Source: a virus (lineage: Duplodnaviria > Caudoviricetes). Taken from it: 51,371 nucleotides of DNA. Where the stretch lies: positions 1-51,371 of the IMG/VR virus record IMGVR_UViG_3300017912_001403; one strand, written 5' to 3'. Of this stretch, positions 10,366 to 18,938 are shown one piece after another (position 1 is the first letter of the stretch; each line of letters starts with the position of its first letter). The translations under genes were made by a program, and so were the position numbers. The notes beneath the pieces were generated by a model that saw nothing but the letters and a program-made list of their open reading frames with translations, ran no database searches and was not told where the DNA came from.

Positions 10366-11171
10366 AAAAAAGATTCAAGGGTTCCTGTTCCCCATTTGTC
10401 GGCAACTTTATTTACGTTTGACGAGTTATGGTTAACATTGTTTCCATTATAATCATAAGGTATGGTGTTTGTCAAGCGATATTCTGTCTCGCCTGGCTTT
10501 TTTATTTTCCACTGTAAGTCAGCATCTTTTGGATAATTTAAGTTCCAATCACATGTAGATCGTTTCAAGTATTTCCTCGAACTTTTGTTTAACGGGTATA
10601 TGTAGCGAAACTGTTTACCCCAAACTCTACTGAAACCCAACTCTCCCATCTTTTCATCTGACGGTCTAGGCCCATACTTAGTATCTGTGCGGTTCAACTC
10701 TTTCTTCATCTTACGTTGGATTGTTCTAAAATGCACCTTCTCGCCATCTTCGGTTACATAAATGTCACTCCAGATAAACCCACCGTACAGAAAGTTTCCT
10801 GCTTGATACACGTAGCCTGGCTTCCCAACAATACCATCTGCCCAAGTGTATAGGTAAGAAACACTAGGCGTATTTTGTTTCATCCACTTTACTGTTGCAC
10901 TCATCATTTGAGTTTCAGAATTGCGAGGCATTTTCTCGTCCATACACATCTTACCTATTTCAAAGTAATCTGCCGTGGTTAATTCTGGAAACATTTTACG
11001 AATTGTTCCCATTGGATTTGTACCCCAGCCCAGAGTCAGGATACCTACCAGTTCATCTTCATAGTATGCACCAAGATAATGTTTAGTAAGTTTAGGCATT
11101 ACTGGACTATAGTGTCTCGCCTGAACAAACAGAGTTGCAACTCTAAAGTCCACTGGTTTCATTACTATCAT
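10362..11171 (-). CDS. Mu Mom-like (GNAT-fold) DNA adenine modification enzyme
   Basis: Mom-family pattern: RHYS, ELVGILTLG, EIGKMCM...PRNSET, TWAD...GYVYQAGNFLYGG. C-terminus TLESFL. Confidence 0.8.
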   Translation of the reverse strand: MIVMKPVDFRVATLFVQARHYSPVMPKLTKHYLGAYYEDELVGILTLGWGTNPMGTIRKMFPELTTADYFEIGKMCMDEKMPRNSETQMMSATVKWMKQNTPSVSYLYTWADGIVGKPGYVYQAGNFLYGGFIWSDIYVTEDGEKVHFRTIQRKMKKELNRTDTKYGPRPSDEKMGELGFSRVWGKQFRYIYPLNKSSRKYLKRSTCDWNLNYPKDADLQWKIKKPGETEYRLTNTIPYDYNGNNVNHNSSNVNKVADKWGTGTLESFL

Positions 11172-13663
11172 CCCCAGAAGTCCTCCAGACTACCCTGAGA
11201 ACCATAACTTCTATCGATGTTCCATTTAATACTGTCTAGAATGATACTCAGTGGTTCTATGAAAGACTTTTCAAACTGTTTGTCATAGTCCAAAGTCAGA
11301 TTAAGTTCAGGGGGAAGTTTTGTAATATACGCAATCGCAGATGACTGATAAACGTTTGGAGTTGCAAGATATATAAATTTAATCTTGTCACCTTCTTGTA
11401 TCAGTGGGTATTTCCCGTCTAGATTATTTTTCATAATAAGATGGTTGTATAGTATCGCACCCTTGACGTGCATCGGAGCACCTTTCTTGTAAAGAGAAGA
11501 AGGGTCACTCCACTTTTGTACACCATTACACGAACGAGGATATGCAATCAAGTTGTTATCCAATGTCATGAATTCTTGACGAAACTCACGAATAAATGTG
11601 TTGAGTTGTTTGGAATCACCATTCATGATGACGTTTAGTGCTTTCTTAATGTTATCACGACACGCAGAAGGAGTAGATGACTTGACAGCCTCGATACCTG
11701 TGATTTTAAGTTTGGGTTCTTTATACCGAACGCCCTCGACATCCCACGCATTTAGGATATATCGTTTCTTTGCAGTCCAGATACCTTTGTCTGCAATCAC
11801 TTCTCGTTTCATAAACATCTTCTGTTCAAATGCATGGAGGTAATCTGCAAGTTCTTTATATGACTTATCGATAAACGGTTCGATTTTTTCTGACGCAATA
11901 GTATTAAGAAAGTCAACGATTTTAGTTTTATCAGACTTGTCCTTGAACACCTTGTCAACCAAAGGCCCAAAGTTGATGTAAACGGAATCGGTGTCCACAT
12001 ATACAACATAATCAACATGTTCTGTTTGCATCAGATTGTTGAAATATTCGTTGAGTTTCTTTTCAATCCATTTGATGGATAGTTGTCCAGAAGTGGTGAT
12101 TGCCTCAGCGGTATTGTTATTGTAGTATCGAAACCACTGATTACCAATCGCACCATAAGCGGAGTTTATCGATATCTTTTTTGCCATCTGAATGTTTGAG
12201 TAACGAGAGATATCTTTGAGTAGAGCAGGGTTCTTGGTGTTTTCGTATTCCTGTTCAGCCTCCAACATCAGTTTCTTGTACTTCACACGGTCGTTGTAGA
12301 TACTTTCCAAAATCTCAGGAAGGAATCCCTTCGAGTCTGTTTTGAACAAAGCACCGTTCGGTGTTAGAGTTACTCCCTTGAGAACAGAAGTGTCAACCTC
12401 TTTGTTAAGAAGTTTGTTAACACTCATGCCAGGCACTGTTCTATCTGCAACCATTTTTTCTGGTGAGATGTTGTACTGCATAATCAAGTGAGGATACAGA
12501 GAGTTCAAGTCAAAAGATAGAACCCATTCATACTCACCAACAACAGGGTCTTTTACAAATGCACCCTCATACTTTTCAGACTTTTCTGCGGGAATTTTTT
12601 GAGGGACAACAATATTCTTTTCCATCAAAAAGTTGTGAATCAAGACATCCCAATACTTCACCGTTCCAAGTACATCAGTGTAGTTTACCTTTGCATCATA
12701 GGCCATCGTCAGACACAGTTCAATCAACTTGAGTTTGTCTTCCAGTTTGTCAACCAACTCCACGTCCATGATGTTGTAGTCGATGAAAGATTGATAGTCT
12801 TTGGTATACCATTCACTAAACGTTTCGTATGGATTGTCATCTTTGCGTTCACCTAGAACAACGTGAGCGATATGGTCTAGTCGATAAGACTCTTGATTGC
12901 CCAGAGTATTATAGGTAAACTTTCGAAATAGGTCAAGATAGTCAAGGACGGCAACGCCAAATGTTTCGTATGTTTCTTGACTCTTACCCTTTTTGAAAAT
13001 GTTTTTAGAGTTTACAAACCCCCAAGGCGAAAGTCTTTTCAGAACATCCTCACCAAGAAGTTTGTGGATTCTGTTGTATAGATACGGGATGTCAAAGAAC
13101 TCCACATTCCAGCCTGTTAGAATGTCGGGATAGTTAAATGACCAGAACTTAATAAATTCACTGAGAAGTTCTTCCTCAGAATGACAGTGAATGTATGTGA
13201 CATCATCTCTGTCGTTTTTGTAAGGTTGCATTCCCCACACCATAAACTTTTTGTTCTGGTGATTCTTAACGGTAATAGACAACATCGGTTCACTTGCTTC
13301 CGTAGGATTAGGAAACCCATTGTCACACTCCACTTCGATATCCATCGTGTAGATAAGGATTTGATCCATGTCAAATTCCTTACCGTAGGTTTCGTTTAGG
13401 AAACAATACTTGTAATCGGTGCTACCTTTGATTAGGTGTTTTTGGTCTTTGTAGGATTCTACCCACTCTTTTGCTTCTTTAATTGTTTCGTGCTGAATAG
13501 GGGCGGCGTTCTGGCCGGTAATAGTTTTGTACCCTGTTTCTTTACCAACAACTGCGTACAGTGTTGGTGAGTACTTAACTTTTCGGTTTCTGCGTTCACC
13601 GTCCACAACTTCTCGCAGCAGAAGATTGTTCCCCCACTGCAAAACATTTGTGTAAAATTTCAT
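11168..13663 (-). CDS. gp43: Family B DNA polymerase
   Basis: Exonuclease motifs DIEV, GWNVEFFDIPY, YNIMDV. Polymerase motifs SFDLNSLYP, KISINSAYG, DTDS, KKRY. Confidence 0.98.
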   Translation of the reverse strand: MKFYTNVLQWGNNLLLREVVDGERRNRKVKYSPTLYAVVGKETGYKTITGQNAAPIQHETIKEAKEWVESYKDQKHLIKGSTDYKYCFLNETYGKEFDMDQILIYTMDIEVECDNGFPNPTEASEPMLSITVKNHQNKKFMVWGMQPYKNDRDDVTYIHCHSEEELLSEFIKFWSFNYPDILTGWNVEFFDIPYLYNRIHKLLGEDVLKRLSPWGFVNSKNIFKKGKSQETYETFGVAVLDYLDLFRKFTYNTLGNQESYRLDHIAHVVLGERKDDNPYETFSEWYTKDYQSFIDYNIMDVELVDKLEDKLKLIELCLTMAYDAKVNYTDVLGTVKYWDVLIHNFLMEKNIVVPQKIPAEKSEKYEGAFVKDPVVGEYEWVLSFDLNSLYPHLIMQYNISPEKMVADRTVPGMSVNKLLNKEVDTSVLKGVTLTPNGALFKTDSKGFLPEILESIYNDRVKYKKLMLEAEQEYENTKNPALLKDISRYSNIQMAKKISINSAYGAIGNQWFRYYNNNTAEAITTSGQLSIKWIEKKLNEYFNNLMQTEHVDYVVYVDTDSVYINFGPLVDKVFKDKSDKTKIVDFLNTIASEKIEPFIDKSYKELADYLHAFEQKMFMKREVIADKGIWTAKKRYILNAWDVEGVRYKEPKLKITGIEAVKSSTPSACRDNIKKALNVIMNGDSKQLNTFIREFRQEFMTLDNNLIAYPRSCNGVQKWSDPSSLYKKGAPMHVKGAILYNHLIMKNNLDGKYPLIQEGDKIKFIYLATPNVYQSSAIAYITKLPPELNLTLDYDKQFEKSFIEPLSIILDSIKWNIDRSYGSQGSLEDFWG

Positions 13664-14433
13664 CGTGAATAACCTAGAGAGTGGAAATCAGTTTTAAACA
13701 AGTCGTATACTCTGTCTTTGTGTTCAGAAGTCATTATCTTATCATAATAATGGTTGGGTTGTAAAGCCTTAATTTCTTCCACAATTTCAGGATACTTATC
13801 GGTGTTTATCATTGAACTAGTCACGTATATGACTTTCATCAGTTTGGGCACATCTCTAGCGAGTTCTTTCTTTAACCAATCAAGTGGTTGTGTTATGATT
13901 TCTTTTGGGAAAGTAGTATCACCTTCGTAATCGATACTACGCATAAACTCAGTGAAGTCTTCTTGTAGATTTTCAAAAGAAAGGAGTTGAACTGGAAATA
14001 AATTTCCAATCAGTGATTCCTGTGTTTCCACACAGTTTTTGTGAAATTGACATTTCCAATCACATCCCTGAGATTCACAACGTTCTCCTTTGTAATCCAA
14101 GGGACACTGTGCTTTCTCTGGAAGATGTCTTCTAGATTCCTGTACTTGGTCTAACCACTCATCAAACGTGGTATCATTGACCATCTCCCAATTCCACCAT
14201 CTCCATTGTGAAATAGCCCTAGAATAAGGATTACGTTTGACACAGAATATTTTACTGATTTTATATTCTTTTATCTTATCACGATTTAGTTGAAGATAAC
14301 CATCATCGAACAAACGATAATCAACAGAAAAGTCTTCACTTTCTTTAAACCATTGTTTTATGTTTACGTCACCCGTTTTACGGGTGTGAAACATCACCAG
14401 CGACTTGCCGGTTCTCTCATCACGAATAAGCAC
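13660..14433 (-). CDS. Sulfotransferase-like protein (Sulfotransfer_2 type)
   Basis: 5'PSB-like FHTRKTG, 3'PB-like KRNPYSRAISQW, FENLQEDF, C-terminal DFHSLGY. Confidence 0.75.
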   Translation of the reverse strand: MLIRDERTGKSLVMFHTRKTGDVNIKQWFKESEDFSVDYRLFDDGYLQLNRDKIKEYKISKIFCVKRNPYSRAISQWRWWNWEMVNDTTFDEWLDQVQESRRHLPEKAQCPLDYKGERCESQGCDWKCQFHKNCVETQESLIGNLFPVQLLSFENLQEDFTEFMRSIDYEGDTTFPKEIITQPLDWLKKELARDVPKLMKVIYVTSSMINTDKYPEIVEEIKALQPNHYYDKIMTSEHKDRVYDLFKTDFHSLGYSR

Positions 14434-14436
14434 ATT

Positions 14437-14835
14437 TTAGTCCTTCTTACCAATATTATATTTTGTTTCAAGTGTCCAGTTGGATTTATCTTTAAATGCA
14501 ATAACTTTAATTTGACTTAGAGGAGCAATCGGTTCATCATTGTCTGGGAAAGACACGAGTCCCCAATCCCTTAAGAGAAGTGCAATACGATTCCTTCTTG
14601 ATATATCATTCTCTGTCAAGTCTGTGTCTTTGCCATCAAGTGCAAAGAGTTCCTTGAAGTGAACAATATAATACTTACCTCTTTTGTGTAAGATGTGACA
14701 CGACTGATAAAGTTTTTGCTCCTTCCTAGAAGCAACACCGATACGTGAAAGGGTTTCACGCACCTTAAGAAAATCGTCGGGCTCTTTGAGAGCCACCTCC
14801 AACATATTTTCTCTTGTCCATATATAACTATCCAT
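14437..14835 (-). CDS. regA: Translational repressor RegA
   Basis: DDFLKVRETLSRIGVAS, LYQSCHILHK, YYIVHFKELFALDG. Confidence 0.98.
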   Translation of the reverse strand: MDSYIWTRENMLEVALKEPDDFLKVRETLSRIGVASRKEQKLYQSCHILHKRGKYYIVHFKELFALDGKDTDLTENDISRRNRIALLLRDWGLVSFPDNDEPIAPLSQIKVIAFKDKSNWTLETKYNIGKKD

Positions 14836-15217
14836 TTTTTCCGCCCTTATTCAATTTGTCCTTTATAATTTTTAGTTGAGAATCACTGAGCAGACTTAGA
14901 GCAGACTTGGCCTTTTCATTACTATAACCATAATACTCTTTTACATACTCTAGATCTTTTGTCTTACTAGATTTCATCCACGGTGCAAATCTTTTTCGAG
15001 ACCTAAGAGTATTTAGTAAAAAGTCATATTGTAACTTTTTATCCAAGCCGGGCAGCCTGTTCATCTCATTGACAAAATGAATTGTGTCAGGGAAGGGGGA
15101 TAGGCATTTATTAACGATAAAGGCGGGATACTTCTTCTCCCACATTTCATCTTCGGTATCCATGAGATTTTTCTTCTCATAGTTTATAGAGTTCAAATAA
15201 TCTTTCAATTCATACAT
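14828..15217 (-). CDS. gp62: Clamp loader small subunit
   Basis: YLNSIN, VNEMN, LQYDFLLN, KEYYGYSNEKA; located before regA. Confidence 0.93.
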   Translation of the reverse strand: MYELKDYLNSINYEKKNLMDTEDEMWEKKYPAFIVNKCLSPFPDTIHFVNEMNRLPGLDKKLQYDFLLNTLRSRKRFAPWMKSSKTKDLEYVKEYYGYSNEKAKSALSLLSDSQLKIIKDKLNKGGKNG

Positions 15218-15834
15218 TATAATAATCTCATAATATAGTCACTCTCTGCTTCTTCTGGAGTGATGTTTAGATGTTCCAAAATATATAGTACGTTTGGATC
15301 ATCCTTTTCATACGTGTTACTATTATACTTTATTGTGCGTAGTCTTGTCAAATCGACTTCAGAAATATTTGTAGGAAAAACATCCAATAACCAATCAATC
15401 ATTTCTTTGTCTTTGTCAATAGAATATTTTTTAAAACCATACTTCGTAAATTTATAATACATCGTGTTACGCATGTACAAAAATAAGAGTAATAGTTTTT
15501 TAGGTGTCTTGTGATGTATCTTAAACATCTCATCGAAATAGGCCATCTCAGAGAACAACCAATCTACGGGATTTCTATTTAAAACAATCGTGTGCTCAGG
15601 GTCGAGAGTCTCTAGAAATGCATCTGGTAAAACGTAGTCCCATCGTCCACCATCAAGAAAGATGTCGGCATCATCCAAAAAAGACATGTCTCCTGCAAGT
15701 AACTTTGTTGTCCAGACATCATCACCTTGTTTAGAACAAGACGCAATTCTGCGGTTTGGAAACATTGTCTCCAAACAAACTTGACAATGAGAGGTTCCTG
15801 TTTTAGTTCCACCAAGGACAAAGATTTTGTTCAC
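15217..15834 (-). CDS. Sulfotransferase-like P-loop protein (Sulfotransfer_4 type)
   Basis: N-terminal KIFVLGGTKTGTS and IVLNRNPVDWLFS. Confidence 0.65.
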   Translation of the reverse strand: MNKIFVLGGTKTGTSHCQVCLETMFPNRRIASCSKQGDDVWTTKLLAGDMSFLDDADIFLDGGRWDYVLPDAFLETLDPEHTIVLNRNPVDWLFSEMAYFDEMFKIHHKTPKKLLLLFLYMRNTMYYKFTKYGFKKYSIDKDKEMIDWLLDVFPTNISEVDLTRLRTIKYNSNTYEKDDPNVLYILEHLNITPEEAESDYIMRLL

Positions 15835-16721
15835 TAGACTAAATCATCCCACTGCATGCCAGAATATTCAAGATACTCATTGATAATTTTAATTTTGTAA
15901 TCGACTTTGCGATCAGTACGTTTAAATATTATTTCGGATATATCTGGACGAGGCTGTAGCCCCAAAGAAACCCAATCTTGTGTGGAAGTATTGAAAACAA
16001 TATGTTCAATATTATTATCCTCCAGTTCATGTTTGAGTTTTCTTTGTTCTTTTATCCAATCATCCAACATCAAGAACAACTCTTCTTTTCTTTCTGGATA
16101 ATTATGCATAACGTATACTTCAATACCAGTTTTAGTCCAATCATAGCATTTTTCTAGATAGTGTAAAAGTAGACTACTAACTTTATTTGTAGCATATACA
16201 AACAAACTTTCTTGTGCAAACTCTCTAGAGAACTCATAACCCCAAACATTAGGTTGATACCGAACAATGACATCACTATCTAAGATAGTATTTTTAACTT
16301 TTTCATCTTTGATGCCATCCCAATCGTCATATACACCTCTAGTTACACTTGCGTTTTTTCGACGATTCATAAATGAATCAAAAGTTTTGTCTTTAATTGC
16401 TAAATGTCCACGGGGCATTTTATGGAAAACCCCGTCAACAATTTCATCATACTTAGGTTCAAGGCCTGGGTCTGGACTAGATAAAGTTTCTATGATATAT
16501 TCAGTACCATAAATTTGGTGTCTAACATCTTCTATTTGTCCTTCTGGAGAAAAAAAGTATACACTTTCTTTATACCTTTGTTCTGCAATCTTAGTATTAA
16601 TTACAGCTCTACTGTTTCGTCTTGCTAACTTTACAACCTTTGGTACACCATTCAGCATAGACAAATATACTACCCACGAGTTTCCAACAAACCCGTTATT
16701 AATGTATACTAAACGTTTCAT
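15834..16721 (-). CDS. Hypothetical protein
   Basis: 295-aa ORF coupled to gp44 and to the next gene. No motif recognised. Confidence 0.7.
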   Translation of the reverse strand: MKRLVYINNGFVGNSWVVYLSMLNGVPKVVKLARRNSRAVINTKIAEQRYKESVYFFSPEGQIEDVRHQIYGTEYIIETLSSPDPGLEPKYDEIVDGVFHKMPRGHLAIKDKTFDSFMNRRKNASVTRGVYDDWDGIKDEKVKNTILDSDVIVRYQPNVWGYEFSREFAQESLFVYATNKVSSLLLHYLEKCYDWTKTGIEVYVMHNYPERKEELFLMLDDWIKEQRKLKHELEDNNIEHIVFNTSTQDWVSLGLQPRPDISEIIFKRTDRKVDYKIKIINEYLEYSGMQWDDLV

Positions 16722-17659
16722 TTGAACTTAACTTGTGACATAATCTCCGTTAAGCAGGCAAGAGTGTTTATCTCTTGGTCTGCAACGAATGCAGACTTGT
16801 ATTGATAGTCACCAAGAGTCACTACTGCATACGCAATAGACTTTGCGTCTGCAAGATTGTCATAGAGGCTATCGTAGACAGTTCTAAAGAATCGAGAGGG
16901 GTCATTATCAAGATTGTTCACCACCCACTTGCGAACGGCACTGAAGTCCTTCTCACGCATTGCTGACATAAGGTCGTTTATGTTCTTGTCAGATAAATCA
17001 ACAAGAATGCCAGCGTCTATTTGTCCACTAGCAGAGTAACGTTGAGCCTCATTCAACACCCTACGAAAGTCGGGGAAGAACTTCATCACAAGTTCAATCA
17101 AGGCCTTATCTTCTACCTTGATACCTTCGTCCTCACAGATTCCTTTCAAACGCTTAAAGAATTGTTGTGCGAGTTTTGGTTTAACTGTGTTTGGTATCGC
17201 AAAGTCTACCCCGCTGCACCGAGACTGAAGTGGTTCGATCAACCTGTTTTTGTAGTTACAGGTTAGGATAAAACCGCAGTTCTTGTGAAACTCTTCCATA
17301 AATCCACGGAGAGCGGGTTGAGTAGACTGAGGGTTGAGATAATCGGCCTCATCTAGGATGATGTACTTGCGTCCCCCCTCAAGAGACACAGTAGAAGCAA
17401 AGTTTTTGATTTTGGTTCTGAGTACATCAATACCAGATTCTTCAGAACCGTTTATCATCATGTAGGTAGAACCAATTTGTTCCACCATAGCCTTTGCAAC
17501 AGTAGTCTTACCCATTCCAGCCCCGCCTGAAAGAATCAGGTTGGGGATGTGTCCATCTTTCACAAACTCATTAAAAGTTTGTTTTAGGTCTTCGGGAAGA
17601 ATACAATCGTCAATATTCTGTGGGCGGTATTTCTCCACCCATAAGAATGTATCCATCAT
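16718..17659 (-). CDS. gp44: Clamp loader large subunit (RFC-like AAA+)
   Basis: LWVEKYRP, GMGKTT, ILDEADYL, LQSRC, FPDFRR. Confidence 0.97.
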   Translation of the reverse strand: MMDTFLWVEKYRPQNIDDCILPEDLKQTFNEFVKDGHIPNLILSGGAGMGKTTVAKAMVEQIGSTYMMINGSEESGIDVLRTKIKNFASTVSLEGGRKYIILDEADYLNPQSTQPALRGFMEEFHKNCGFILTCNYKNRLIEPLQSRCSGVDFAIPNTVKPKLAQQFFKRLKGICEDEGIKVEDKALIELVMKFFPDFRRVLNEAQRYSASGQIDAGILVDLSDKNINDLMSAMREKDFSAVRKWVVNNLDNDPSRFFRTVYDSLYDNLADAKSIAYAVVTLGDYQYKSAFVADQEINTLACLTEIMSQVKFK

Positions 17660-17661
17660 AA

Positions 17662-18348
17662 TTAAGCCTCATAAGTCGATTCGGGTTCAAGTGCAATCCA
17701 GTAAGTAACATTTTTGTTCTTACTTGTGAACTGACTAATCAACTTAGAGGAGATAGCAACATCATAACTATCGGAAACTAACTTCATGTTTTCTGTTTTG
17801 AAGAACAGATTAAAAGCAGTTGCAGAAGATTGAGCGTCAACTTCAACAGAGTAATTGTTTGCAGTCGCGTTCTTTTTATCTTTAGCGGTCAGAGCAGTAC
17901 GAGGGCCGCATCCATTACCTTTAGAGAGTGATAAGTCTGGAGCACCAATGACTGCCGAAGCCCGTTTGATACCGTCAAGCACAGAACTATCCAGAACAAA
18001 TGCAACATCTGAATCTGGCATATTAATGTCCTTACTGGGACTTGTAACCACAGAAGGGTCAGAGTAGTAATACTTCAAAGAAGTCGAACCACTTCCTTCT
18101 TCGGTAATATTGACCCAATCAGATTGGAAATCGAAGTTAGGATTTTTGAAAAGAGACACCGCAGACAAGAATTCGTTCAAGTCATAAATGGCAACTTCTT
18201 GAGTAAAGGTTTCTGCAACGTCTGCCTTTGCAACGATATTTTTCATTGCAGACATAGTTGAAATTGTATTACCAGCCTTAATCAAAAGATTTTGGTTGAT
18301 AGTCGAAAAGTTCTTGAGTAGTTCAAGAGTTTCATTACTAAGTTTCAT
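17662..18348 (-). CDS. gp45: Sliding clamp
   Basis: MKLSNETLELLKNFSTINQ, IYDLNEFL, YWIALE. Confidence 0.96.
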   Translation of the reverse strand: MKLSNETLELLKNFSTINQNLLIKAGNTISTMSAMKNIVAKADVAETFTQEVAIYDLNEFLSAVSLFKNPNFDFQSDWVNITEEGSGSTSLKYYYSDPSVVTSPSKDINMPDSDVAFVLDSSVLDGIKRASAVIGAPDLSLSKGNGCGPRTALTAKDKKNATANNYSVEVDAQSSATAFNLFFKTENMKLVSDSYDVAISSKLISQFTSKNKNVTYWIALEPESTYEA

Positions 18349-18377
18349 TCACTTTCTCCATTATCAAGTGTTTACAT

Positions 18378-18407
18378 ATTCTAAAGTAAAAGGGGCTTGA
18401 TTGTCAA
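18378..18407 (-). promoter_or_regulatory. Sigma70-type promoter TTGACA-N18-TAGAAT for the gp45 operon
   Basis: -35 at 18402-18407 inside the terminator hairpin, -10 at 18378-18383. Confidence 0.65.
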
Positions 18408-18415
18408 GCCCCTTT
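18382..18415 (-). terminator. Rho-independent terminator after hsp20
   Basis: Perfect 12-bp stem AAAGGGGCTTGA-CAA-TCAAGCCCCTTT followed by TACTTT. Confidence 0.75.
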
Positions 18416-18421
18416 ATAGAT

Positions 18422-18859
18422 TTATTCAATCGTAATTTTTTGCGGTTTCTTTTCTTCAGGGACAACTCTTTGTAAATCAATATAAAGAACTCCTTGAGCA
18501 AACTGAGAACCAGTTACTTGCATATCCTCAGACAAAGTAAAGACGCGAGTAAACTTACGTTCACCAATCCCTTTGTGAAGATATTCTTTAGGTTCTCTAT
18601 CTACTATCTCACCCTTCACGACAAGTTTACGACCTTCAGGAACAAGTTCAATATCAAAGTCAGTCTTTGCAAACCCAGCGGCAGCAATCTCAATGATATA
18701 GTGTTCATCAGAATCTTTTACAATGTTATATGGAGGGTATCCAGAACTGTCCAAACCCACTTCTCTTAGGTTTGAAAACAAGTGGTCAAAACCCACAGTA
18801 TACGGGCTAACATCATTTAAAAAATCTGCAATAGCAGTGGTATTGTACTTACGTACCAT
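18422..18859 (-). CDS. hsp20: Small heat-shock protein (IbpA-like)
   Basis: VGFDHLF, GYPPYNI, IEIAAAGF, YLHKGIGERKF, C-terminal IxI (KITIE). Confidence 0.95.
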   Translation of the reverse strand: MVRKYNTTAIADFLNDVSPYTVGFDHLFSNLREVGLDSSGYPPYNIVKDSDEHYIIEIAAAGFAKTDFDIELVPEGRKLVVKGEIVDREPKEYLHKGIGERKFTRVFTLSEDMQVTGSQFAQGVLYIDLQRVVPEEKKPQKITIE

Positions 18860-18866
18860 TTCATTT

Positions 18867-18881
18867 CTCCTTTTCAGCGAG
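18867..18881 (-). promoter_or_regulatory. ROSE-like RNA thermometer hairpin over the hsp20 Shine-Dalgarno
   Basis: CUCGCU-GAAA-AGGAG: the U(U/C)GCU motif pairs with the SD leaving a bulged G. Confidence 0.65.
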
Positions 18882-18884
18882 GTT

Positions 18885-18919
18885 AAAAAAAAGTGGTGAG
18901 CCCCTTAGGCACTCACCAC
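18885..18919 (-). terminator. Terminator-like hairpin between the AAA ATPase gene and hsp20
   Basis: GTGGTGAG-tgcctaagggg-CTCACCAC followed by T8. Confidence 0.7.
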
Positions 18920-18921
18920 AC

Positions 18922-18929
18922 TATTTATA
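18922..18929 (-). promoter_or_regulatory. T4 late promoter TATAAATA upstream of hsp20
   Basis: Exact consensus, intergenic. Confidence 0.75.
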
Positions 18930-18938
18930 ACGATTTAC

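Noticed and set aside
15010-15017. Intragenic ACTAAATA in gp62 as a late promoter for regA
   Set aside because: It can be explained by the LLNT codons, is a non-consensus variant, and has no independent support.
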